IMG/VR virus record: IMGVR_UViG_3300010342_000180
Strand: one strand, 5' to 3'
Length of the DNA stretch: 64,000 nucleotides
Origin: an uncultured virus (IMG/VR IMGVR_UViG_3300010342_000180)
Taxonomy: Duplodnaviria > Heunggongvirae > Uroviricota > Caudoviricetes
Shown here: positions 1-7,254 of the stretch, piece by piece
How the letters are laid out: each line of letters opens with the position of its first letter
Position numbering within the stretch: position 1 is the first letter of the stretch
Translations under genes and position numbers: made by a program
Notes under the pieces: model-generated
Seen by the model: the letters and a program-made list of their open reading frames with translations, nothing else
Database searches by the model: none
What the model was told of the DNA's origin: nothing

Positions 1-364
1 CTCAAGGGACACACAGTTGGAGAAAAAGTATCGGAAAATATTAAATATGATTCTGTTGTAAAAACCGACAATTATACCAGTTACTCAAGATTAAAAGAAC
101 GGGTCTGGTGTCACATACCCCGGAAAGTTAGTCCGAAGGAGGCTGGTAAAGTATTACCATGGGTCCATACAATGATTGCAAATGCAAAGAGAACATTGTT
201 GGGAATACATCATATGATATCTTCAAAGTACGCCCAGAATTATCTGGATGAGTTCTGTTACAAGGTAAACAGGAGGAATTACGGAGATCAGTTATTTGAT
301 AGACTGTTAATTGCTTGCGTTACTACAAATTATCAAAATATTGTTAAACATTACCGATAGTCAT
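1..364 (+). mobile_element. IS1595-family insertion sequence, right end (3' part of transposase, stop at 358-360, plus right terminus)
   Basis: Frame 1 is open from base 1: ...KTDNYTSY...LPWVHTMIANAKRTLLGIHH...YAQNYLDEFCYKVNRR, matching the ISXO2/IS1595 DDE C-terminus of Bacteroidota type. The terminus is probably ...CCGATAGTCAT at ~364. Confidence 0.85.
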
Positions 365-1592
365 TTAATTTAATTCCCACAACCAATATATCATCAGTTT
401 GTTCGTTATTACCTTGCCATCTTAATAATTTTTGTTCTAATAATTGTGATTGATAGGACAAATTTAGATGTTGAATTTCTGATAAGATTTTAATAAATCC
501 ACTTTTCATTAATTTTTTATCATGTTCTCCACCAAATTGATCAGTTAATCCATCAGTTAACATGTAAATAATATCACCTGACTCATAATCTATTTCTTGT
601 GTTTTAAATGTTTTTGTAATTCTTTCATTTACTCCACCAACAAGATACGGATCTCCTTTATATACAATAATCTTATTCTCTTTTTTTACAAGATATAATA
701 ATGGCCTTCTACACCCACTAAAATATATTTTTTTATTATTTTTATCAATTGTAACAAAAGACATATCTATTCCATCTTGATATCCAATAGTTGATACCTC
801 ATTTTGTTTTAATAATTTACATATGCTATTATCTAATTCAAATAAGATATCTGTTGGATTAGTTAAATAATCATCATCGCCAACAATTTCATTTAAAAGA
901 TTATATCCTATCATTGCTAATAATGCTCCAGAAACACCATGACCAGTAGAATCACCTATTGCGGCCAAAAACTTTCCATTCCCATTCACACTTTTAAACC
1001 AATAAAAATCGCCACTAACAATATTTTTTGGTTTATATATTATAAATGCTTCATCAAAATTTTTTAATAATAAATCCATTTTTGGGAGAGTTAATAATTG
1101 AATTCTTTGAGCAAAAGAAATATCTTGAATCATAGATTTATTTTTTAATTCTATTTCGGTATATGCGTCCTCTAATTTTTTATTTAGAATTTCTAATTCA
1201 TGTAGTTTTTCTTGAATATGACGCCCATCATATAATTTTTCTATAACTGGAGTTAATTTATATAATCTTTTTTTTAAGAAATAAATATCAATCCCCTCTT
1301 TTATAAGTTCAAGGCCAAATTCATCACTAATATCATCAGAAACTAATATAAAAATAATATTACCACATTTTTGTCTTGATATGTTTAATATTTGAAGAGA
1401 ATTTAAATTACCAATCTTTTGTTCAGAAATTATAACATCAAAACCTTCATCTTTTGTACATATAGCATCAAATTCGAGTTCATTTGTTGCAATTATTGGT
1501 TGCGGATAACCATTTGATATTAAATGATCTGACAGTTTTTCAGCATCTTTTTTATTTTCATCAATGATTAATATTTTAATATTTTCTTTCAA
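351..1592 (-). CDS. Receiver-domain plus PP2C/SpoIIE serine phosphatase (RsbU-like)
   Basis: N-terminal REC-like domain (KILIIDE...FDVIISE), a coiled coil, then PP2C motifs SGDFY, GDSTGHGVSGA, TDGLTDQFGG, QTDDILVVG. Confidence 0.85.
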   Translation of the reverse strand: MKENIKILIIDENKKDAEKLSDHLISNGYPQPIIATNELEFDAICTKDEGFDVIISEQKIGNLNSLQILNISRQKCGNIIFILVSDDISDEFGLELIKEGIDIYFLKKRLYKLTPVIEKLYDGRHIQEKLHELEILNKKLEDAYTEIELKNKSMIQDISFAQRIQLLTLPKMDLLLKNFDEAFIIYKPKNIVSGDFYWFKSVNGNGKFLAAIGDSTGHGVSGALLAMIGYNLLNEIVGDDDYLTNPTDILFELDNSICKLLKQNEVSTIGYQDGIDMSFVTIDKNNKKIYFSGCRRPLLYLVKKENKIIVYKGDPYLVGGVNERITKTFKTQEIDYESGDIIYMLTDGLTDQFGGEHDKKLMKSGFIKILSEIQHLNLSYQSQLLEQKLLRWQGNNEQTDDILVVGIKLNDYR

Positions 1593-1693
1593 TCCTAATA
1601 TTTTTAAAAATAATTATTATTATTTTAGCAAATAATTTAATACATATAAATACATAAAATTAAATAAAATGATAATGATTTCCATTTAAACCC

Positions 1694-2905
1694 CTATCTT
1701 CTTCTACTACCAGAATTAATTGAATTTCCACCTGAATATGTACTTCTAGTATTACTTCTATTCATATTAGATATTCCACTATATGAGCTAGGATTCCTCA
1801 TAGCCGGGCCATTATTATAACTAGAAATACTTCTTCTTGTTGTAGAATAATTACCTTGAGATGGTATTGAATATGAACTTCTTGGTTGTGTGACTGTTCT
1901 TGATTGTGTAACTGTTCTTGATTGTGTAGATTGATATCTTCGCACATTTGTATTATTATACATTGGCCGAGTAGTTATTTTTGGCTGTGTATAATTTGGA
2001 GTATATGAACGTCTGCTTTGTTCATATGTTGGACGTTGAGTAGTAGTTATATTTTGCTGTGCCTGATTTTGAACTATATTCCTTCTTTCTTGTGATTGAG
2101 TAGCCATTGTTTTATTATTGGGTTGTATTGTAAGCCGTCTTTCAGATTGAGATGTACTTGTTATACCTCTTCGATTATTCATTTGTGAATTTATTATTGC
2201 GCCGGTTCTTTTATCAACTTCAATAGTTTTATTTAAAGTTACTGGTTGAACTCTTCTAGTTGATGTTAATGTATAATTACTTGGTCTTTCTCTTCTATCA
2301 TATATAAAATTTTGATTTATATATGTAGAACCATGATTATAAGTATTATATGTATAATAATTATGATAACGATATCTTGGATAATACCAGTATTTCCAAT
2401 ACCAATAATCATGTCTATACCAATAATTGTATTTATATGGGTAATAACCATAATAATATGGATAATAACCATAATAATATGGTGAACCCCACCCCCAATA
2501 CCATGAATCTAAAAACCATGGATCATAAACAGGATCCCAATATAAAAATGGATATGGACGATGAAATCTATATATCATCGCTGTATAAGAAAGATCATTA
2601 TAAACTTCTTGTTTAGCATCATAATATGCTGCTGATTGCTCAAGCCTTAATTTTTTCTTTTCAAGACGAAGTTCTTTCGATTTAATTTTTAATTCATCTT
2701 TTTTAGCCTGGAAATAAAGATCGTCATATTCGGGTTTTTCTTGTTCCACATAAACAGTATCATATTTAATAATTGTATCGGGAATCATTGCATTTTCTTT
2801 AGCAAGAAGATACTTTTCATAGTTGGACATTTTAGTTGTATCTGTTTGACCTACCGCTATTAATCCATTGATTAATAATGCGATTAAAAATATTAATTTT
2901 TTCAT
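1694..2905 (-). CDS. Secreted hypothetical protein with Tyr/Trp-rich segment and Arg/Ser/Thr-rich disordered tail
   Basis: Signal peptide MKKLIFLIALL..., YYPYY/WYW tract and QSRTVT repeats; resembles Bacteroidota low-complexity exported proteins. Confidence 0.6.
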   Translation of the reverse strand: MKKLIFLIALLINGLIAVGQTDTTKMSNYEKYLLAKENAMIPDTIIKYDTVYVEQEKPEYDDLYFQAKKDELKIKSKELRLEKKKLRLEQSAAYYDAKQEVYNDLSYTAMIYRFHRPYPFLYWDPVYDPWFLDSWYWGWGSPYYYGYYPYYYGYYPYKYNYWYRHDYWYWKYWYYPRYRYHNYYTYNTYNHGSTYINQNFIYDRRERPSNYTLTSTRRVQPVTLNKTIEVDKRTGAIINSQMNNRRGITSTSQSERRLTIQPNNKTMATQSQERRNIVQNQAQQNITTTQRPTYEQSRRSYTPNYTQPKITTRPMYNNTNVRRYQSTQSRTVTQSRTVTQPRSSYSIPSQGNYSTTRRSISSYNNGPAMRNPSSYSGISNMNRSNTRSTYSGGNSINSGSRRR

Positions 2906-3073
2906 AGCTCAACATTAATTTATAAAATAAATAACAACTTTTATACCAAATGGTCAACAAAAAGAGTATAGATAACGTTAACATTTATATGCTTTTATTT
3001 TTTTTCATAAATGATTTTTCAAAATATTTTTATATGAAAAAATTTTATGATATTTATATGTAAATCACAGGTT

Positions 3074-3670
3074 ATGAAAAAAACATTAATAGATGAGACA
3101 AAGAGGATTTTCGAAATAATGTCAAAATTAGATAAAAAGATTATTTTAACCGAATTAAATGAAAAATATTTAAATAAATTACTTGATAAAATAAATCAAC
3201 AAGGATTTAATTCGCTCACAAATTATGAAAAATTAGCATTAGAAAAAATGTCAAATAATGAAGATGTTGATGATTTGGATGATTTTAATGATTTTGAAGA
3301 TGATATGGGTGACCTTACTCCAAAAAAATATTCACTTGGCACATCTCCAAATACTTTAAGATTTACAACTTCTAGAAATAATGATGAAAAACCGCTAGTT
3401 GATCCTATAAATAAAGGTAAATTATTTGGAAAATCTAATTATAAATATGCATATATTCATGGAGAAGCGGAAAGATTAGCAGGATTTGATATACCAATTT
3501 TTATTGATGGTAATTTATCTCAATTAGATGAATCAATAAATAAACAAGATATCAGAATGTTATTACCAAATGGTGAGTATGAATGTATTGCGACTACAGT
3601 TATGGAAGAAGATGATATATTTCAAGAGCCGGTTTATTACATAACTCTTAAAAATGAAAATGTTTCATAA
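3074..3670 (+). CDS. Phage hypothetical protein with I/L-x-E leader motif
   Basis: ORF; the start MKKTLIDETKRIFEIM lies downstream of ATATTTAT. Confidence 0.65.
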   Translation: MKKTLIDETKRIFEIMSKLDKKIILTELNEKYLNKLLDKINQQGFNSLTNYEKLALEKMSNNEDVDDLDDFNDFEDDMGDLTPKKYSLGTSPNTLRFTTSRNNDEKPLVDPINKGKLFGKSNYKYAYIHGEAERLAGFDIPIFIDGNLSQLDESINKQDIRMLLPNGEYECIATTVMEEDDIFQEPVYYITLKNENVS

Positions 3671-3703
3671 ATATCATAATATTTATATATAAATTAAAAA
3701 AAT

Positions 3704-4015
3704 ATGAAAAAAACATTAAATGAAGAAAAAGAAAGAATTCTTACACTAATAAGAGAATTTCATGGAACTGGATATCCAAGAGGAGAAAGTGAATATATAC
3801 CAAAAACGCTTAGTTATGAAGAACAATTAGAAGATATTTTACGTAAGTGTGTCGATTCGGGTAAGTCTCTGAAAGAAGTAAGGCGCATGGTTGAGGATAT
3901 ACTTGATATAATTAATAGTGAATTACCGCCAGAAGAAAAAAAAGAAATACCGATGGATAATGACACATCAGTAACAAAAACAGGAGCAATAATGACGGGC
4001 ATTGGGGCAATGTAA
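3704..4015 (+). CDS. Phage hypothetical protein (MKKTLNEEKERI leader)
   Basis: 103-aa ORF whose N-terminus resembles that of the upstream gene. Confidence 0.65.
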   Translation: MKKTLNEEKERILTLIREFHGTGYPRGESEYIPKTLSYEEQLEDILRKCVDSGKSLKEVRRMVEDILDIINSELPPEEKKEIPMDNDTSVTKTGAIMTGIGAM

Positions 4016-4029
4016 TTTTTTTTAAAATA

Positions 4030-4061
4030 TTTGGTAATTATAAAAATAAAACTTATATTTG
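4030..4061 (+). promoter_or_regulatory. Bacteroidota sigmaA-type promoter for tRNA cluster 1
   Basis: TTTG (4030-4033), 20 nt, TATATTTG (4054-4061); matches the -33/-7 consensus. Confidence 0.8.
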
Positions 4062-4083
4062 TATTATATTAAAATATAGTAAA

Positions 4084-4167
4084 ATGAAAATATTACTCGA
4101 CATATTATCAATTTTTGAGGATAATCATCTATGGGATGATGAGGATAAATTATGTTTAGTCAGGTAA
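4084..4167 (+). CDS. Putative attenuator leader peptide, Asp/Glu-rich (MKILLDILSIFEDNHLWDDEDKLCLVR)
   Basis: 27-codon ORF between promoter and terminator with 5 Asp and 2 Glu codons, including GAT GAT GAG GAT. Its 3' part is complementary to the terminator's 5' arm. Confidence 0.75.
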   Translation: MKILLDILSIFEDNHLWDDEDKLCLVR

Positions 4168-4195
4168 ATTAATCTATTATATTCTTTTTTACACT

Positions 4196-4231
4196 AAAAA
4201 AACCCGACTACATAAATTAGTTGGGTTTTTT
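4196..4231 (+). terminator. Intrinsic terminator (attenuator) upstream of tRNA-Asp/Glu
   Basis: AACCCGACTA-cataaat-TAGTTGGGTT followed by a T tract. Confidence 0.8.
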
Positions 4232-4238
4232 GTTCTTT

Positions 4239-4314
4239 GATATATATAGGAATTTAGTGGTTATCCTCTATGGCTGTCGACCAGAAGACTCCAGTTCGAT
4301 TCTAGAATAGACCG
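4239..4314 (+). pseudogene. Degenerate tRNA-Asp(GTC)
   Basis: Anticodon arm TATGG-ctGTCga-CCAGA, T arm TCCAG-TTCGATT-CTAGA, 3' ATAGACC plus G73. The acceptor, anticodon and T stems all carry mismatches. Confidence 0.65.
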
Positions 4315-4346
4315 CTCGACTTATTTTTTTTTTCTCATGTATTTTT

Positions 4347-4418
4347 GCTCTCATCGTCTAACGGTTAGGACGGCAGGTTTTCATCCTGTAAATAGCGGTT
4401 CAATTCCGCTTGGGAGTA
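4347..4418 (+). tRNA. tRNA-Glu(TTC)
   Basis: GCTCTCA/TGGGAGT acceptor, GCAGG-ttTTCat-CCTGT anticodon arm, GGTTCAATTCC T arm; no encoded CCA. Confidence 0.93.
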
Positions 4419-4448
4419 CAAACATTTGGGGCACACGTAACGTGCAAT

Positions 4449-4994
4449 CTATATAAAAGTGAACGATAATTGATCATCAGTATAACTCAATTTATTATTA
4501 ATAATCTTAGCAGGTTTTGTATATTGGTGATCTTCTATTTTATTGACATCCATAATATGCAAGACATTCCATCCAATTGATTTTAAATAATCAGATATCA
4601 AAGAACGATGACAACGCCACCACACAGCTTCAGAACACACATATACCGTATTTTGAGTTAATGCAATTTTTTCTAATTCAGTTATTCCATTTTGAAAAGA
4701 TTCGGTTTCCATATAATCGGCATATGCACGAAACGATAAATTACGCCAAGATGTGTTTGTGGAATATGGATTAGATTTTCGTCTGCCGCCCAAATTTTTC
4801 ATATGAACATATTGAATATTATGTTTAGGTAAGATAATTTCTAGATTTTCTTTATTAAAATGTGGAAATTTCCTCGAACCTGGGAAACTTCTCACATCAG
4901 CTACACACTTCATTTGAAACAATTTTAAAATAGAAATGAATTCTTCGATGTTACGAGTAGAATGTCCAATTGTCCATATTTGAGAATGTTTCAT
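4449..4994 (-). CDS. DUF488 family protein
   Basis: Motifs IWTIGHSTR, DVRSFPGSRKFPHFN, LGGRR, CSEAVWWRCHRSLI. Confidence 0.85.
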   Translation of the reverse strand: MKHSQIWTIGHSTRNIEEFISILKLFQMKCVADVRSFPGSRKFPHFNKENLEIILPKHNIQYVHMKNLGGRRKSNPYSTNTSWRNLSFRAYADYMETESFQNGITELEKIALTQNTVYVCSEAVWWRCHRSLISDYLKSIGWNVLHIMDVNKIEDHQYTKPAKIINNKLSYTDDQLSFTFI

Positions 4995-5070
4995 AATATA
5001 TAATTGTATTAATCATTTTACAAATATAATATAAAAAAAATGCAAAAACCTAATTATTTTAATAAAATTA

Positions 5071-5964
5071 TTAATCTAATCCCACTCTAAGAGTTTCCTG
5101 AACTCTTAACATCATTTGATATTCATCTGCAGTTATATCATCAGCAAAATAATTAATGGGATTAACTGTTTTACCACGATAAATAACTTCATAATGAAGA
5201 TGATCTCCTGTAGATATACCGGTATTTCCAACAGTACCAATAATTTGACCTCGCACTACTTTTTGACCTTTACGAACTCCAATACTATTTAAATGTCCAT
5301 ATGCTGTTTCATAATCATATCCATGATTTATTTTAACATAATTTCCATATCCTAAATTTTTACCCGCCATTTCAACTATACCATCAGCGGTAGCATATAC
5401 TGGTGTTCCTACTGGAGCAACAAAGTCCATACCGTAATGAAATTTATTAATTTTATATATTGGATGAATTCTATAACTATATCCGGATGATATTCTCTTA
5501 AAATCTTTTTTTGCTACGGGTTGAATTGCAGGATAATGCCTCATTTTATCATCACTCGATATTATTTTATTAATCATATTTTTAAACCTATTAGCATTAT
5601 ATTCGATTGTACGACCAATGTTATCAAGTTTATCATTAACAGTTTCAGGTGTAATTATTGTTAATTCACTTTCATGACTATCAAATGCATCAATAATTAT
5701 ACTATCTTTTTGTTGTAATGTTTGTAATAAATAATATATTCCATCGGCTTTTTTATCTATAATATATAAATCATATTCTAATTTATTAATTTCTTTTTTT
5801 AATTTAATTTCTTTCGGGGTATTAAAAAAAACAGAAAGTAAAAAAATTAACCCAATTGTAATGATAAGTTGAATAAGAATATAAATCAAAATAGTCTTAA
5901 AATTTAAAACTATTTTATCATATTGTAATTTAATTTTATTAAATTTATATATTGGTAGTTTCAT
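5071..5964 (-). CDS. M23 family peptidoglycan peptidase with N-terminal membrane anchor
   Basis: HYGMDF, GYGNYVKINHG, YGHL and STGDHLHYEV motifs; TM segment near the N-terminus. Confidence 0.9.
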   Translation of the reverse strand: MKLPIYKFNKIKLQYDKIVLNFKTILIYILIQLIITIGLIFLLSVFFNTPKEIKLKKEINKLEYDLYIIDKKADGIYYLLQTLQQKDSIIIDAFDSHESELTIITPETVNDKLDNIGRTIEYNANRFKNMINKIISSDDKMRHYPAIQPVAKKDFKRISSGYSYRIHPIYKINKFHYGMDFVAPVGTPVYATADGIVEMAGKNLGYGNYVKINHGYDYETAYGHLNSIGVRKGQKVVRGQIIGTVGNTGISTGDHLHYEVIYRGKTVNPINYFADDITADEYQMMLRVQETLRVGLD

Positions 5965-6107
5965 ATATTAATAAGTATTTTCAAAAATTTTCCAGTAAAT
6001 ATAATTTTTTAGTGTATAAATGAAAATTTTTTCCATAGAGAACCATTTATAAGAAAATTTTTTCCATTAAAGACCACAACAATAAAAATAAAATTTTTTT
6101 CAAAACA

Positions 6108-6139
6108 TTTGGTATTTATAAAAACATTACTTATATTTG
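6108..6139 (+). promoter_or_regulatory. Bacteroidota sigmaA-type promoter for tRNA cluster 2
   Basis: TTTG (6108-6111), 20 nt, TATATTTG (6132-6139). Confidence 0.8.
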
Positions 6140-6164
6140 TATCGGATTTTAATTGGTTAATACG

Positions 6165-6239
6165 ATGAAAACTTTAATGACATTACAACTCCGTCCATTA
6201 CAACATCCAGAATTGGGTGAGTGGGAGAGCCGTATCTAA
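6165..6239 (+). CDS. Putative attenuator leader peptide (MKTLMTLQLRPLQHPELGEWESRI)
   Basis: 24-codon ORF; the run TTA CAA CTC CGT CCA TTA CAA CAT CCA matches the downstream tRNA-Leu(TAA), Gln(TTG), Pro(TGG) and His(GTG). Confidence 0.8.
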   Translation: MKTLMTLQLRPLQHPELGEWESRI

Positions 6240-6273
6240 AGGTTTTTGTCAAGTAGATGGTTTTAGACTGAAC

Positions 6274-6303
6274 AACCCCACTCCAATTAAAAGTGGGGTT
6301 TTT
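6274..6303 (+). terminator. Intrinsic terminator (attenuator) upstream of tRNA cluster 2
   Basis: AACCCCACT-ccaattaaa-AGTGGGGTT plus T tract. Confidence 0.8.
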
Positions 6304-6318
6304 CGTTCTTTGAAATAT

Positions 6319-6366
6319 TGTCCTTATTGTAATTCGCAATTATTAACAACTTGTCGAAATAAGAAA
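6319..6366 (+). pseudogene. HNH endonuclease C-terminal relic
   Basis: Translates CPYCNSQLLTTCRNKK, like the CPNCHSQT..RN tail of phage HNH proteins. Confidence 0.4.
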
Positions 6367-6396
6367 ACACACTTGTAGCTCATTCAAAAAAACTAT

Positions 6397-6469
6397 CGGG
6401 TATTAGTTCAGTTAGTAGAATGCTAGTTTTGGGAACTAGTGGTCGCTGGGGCAGGACCAGCATACCCGA
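6397..6469 (+). tRNA. tRNA-Pro(TGG), non-canonical T loop
   Basis: CGGGTAT/ATACCCG acceptor, CTAGT-ttTGGga-ACTAG anticodon arm, T arm GCTGG-GGCAGGA-CCAGC. Confidence 0.85.
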
Positions 6470-6475
6470 CTATAT

Positions 6476-6550
6476 GGTGCTTGTAGCTCAGCCTGGTAGA
6501 GCGCTTGTCTGTGGAACAAGAGGTAGTGAGATCGAAGCTCACCTAGCACC
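6476..6550 (+). tRNA. tRNA-His(GTG)
   Basis: G-1 and C73 present; CTTGT-ctGTGga-ACAAG anticodon arm; T arm GTGAG-ATCGAAG-CTCAC. Confidence 0.88.
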
Positions 6551-6556
6551 CAAAAC

Positions 6557-6610
6557 TGTCTTATGGTGTAACTAGTAATACGCTTGACTATGGATCAAGA
6601 AAGTAGAGGT
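6557..6610 (+). pseudogene. Truncated tRNA (Gln-like 5' half, anticodon ATG)
   Basis: TGTCTTA-TGGTGTAA D arm and CTTGA-ctATGga-TCAAG anticodon arm; no T arm or 3' acceptor strand. Confidence 0.55.
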
Positions 6611-6669
6611 TTCTTAACTGTTTAAGAAAACTCACAAAAAAAAAACAAATTTTAGTTCTTTGAAATTAT

Positions 6670-6971
6670 GCCGAAGTGGTGGAATTGGTAGACACGCAGG
6701 ACTTAGTTCGAAATGAGGAAAAAACAAATTGAGTGCTCTTTCTGAAAAGAGAGAAGTAGAATTCCGTAAATTCGGTGAAGGCTTAACTGCTAATACCGAG
6801 CCAATCCTGGATGTTCAGGAAGGTGTAGAGACTAGACACGGAATACCTAAGTCAAAAGATATGGTAAAGGTATAGTCCAGACCACAAACAATTAATGGTA
6901 ACGAAAGTTATAGTGGTACGAAAATCCTGTGGCCAGTAATGACCGTGTGGGTTCAAGTCCCATCTTCGGTA
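6670..6971 (+). tRNA. tRNA-Leu(TAA), intron-containing (exons 6670-6704 and 6921-6971)
   Basis: GCCGAAG/CTTCGGT acceptor. Splicing restores CAGGA-ctTAAaa-TCCTG; long variable arm; GGGTTCAAGTCCC T arm. Confidence 0.92.
6705..6920 (+). ncRNA. Group I self-splicing intron (IC3-like, 216 nt) in the tRNA-Leu anticodon
   Basis: Inserted after U34 and ends in omega-G. Core elements AAATTCGGTGAA (P), AATACCGAGC (Q), GTAGAGACTAGA (R), AAGGTATAGTCC (S). Confidence 0.9.
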
Positions 6972-6978
6972 CAAATTT

Positions 6979-7050
6979 ACCCTTGTAGTGTAACGGCTAA
7001 CACACCAGGTTTTGGTCCTGGAAATCTTGGTTCGAGTCCAGGCGAGGGTT
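6979..7050 (+). tRNA. tRNA-Gln(TTG)
   Basis: ACCCTTG/CGAGGGT acceptor, CCAGG-ttTTGgt-CCTGG anticodon arm, GGTTCGAGTCC T arm. Confidence 0.92.
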
Positions 7051-7073
7051 TCTTAACTGTACTGTAAAAATGA

Positions 7074-7219
7074 TGGCATGGAGAAAAAATATCTCTAATA
7101 TTAGATCATAAAAATGGTATTCATAATGATAATAGAATTGAAAACCTAAGAATATTTGTCCTAATTGTAAGGCTACACCTCCAACACATTGCGGTAAAAA
7201 TAATAAAAACAAAAAATAA
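7074..7219 (+). pseudogene. Frameshifted HNH endonuclease remnant
   Basis: ISLILDHKNGIHNDNRIENLR, then a frameshift, then CPNCKATPPTHCGKN. Confidence 0.75.
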
Positions 7220-7254
7220 ATTTGGAAAATTCATAATTTCTTTTTATCTTTGTT

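Noticed and set aside
5982..6076. Three AAAATTTTT(T)CCA repeats upstream of the cluster 2 promoter
   Set aside because: They could be activator sites but are too AT-rich and short to separate from chance.
4084..6312. T-box riboswitch as the tRNA sensor
   Set aside because: No TGGNACC T-box sequence or specifier stem is present; a leader-peptide mechanism fits better.
6157..6339. 60-aa minus-strand ORF from the track
   Set aside because: It is antisense to the leader and attenuator; the plus-strand structure explains the region.
6997..7212. 71-aa minus-strand ORF
   Set aside because: It overlaps tRNA-Gln and the HNH relic on the opposite strand.
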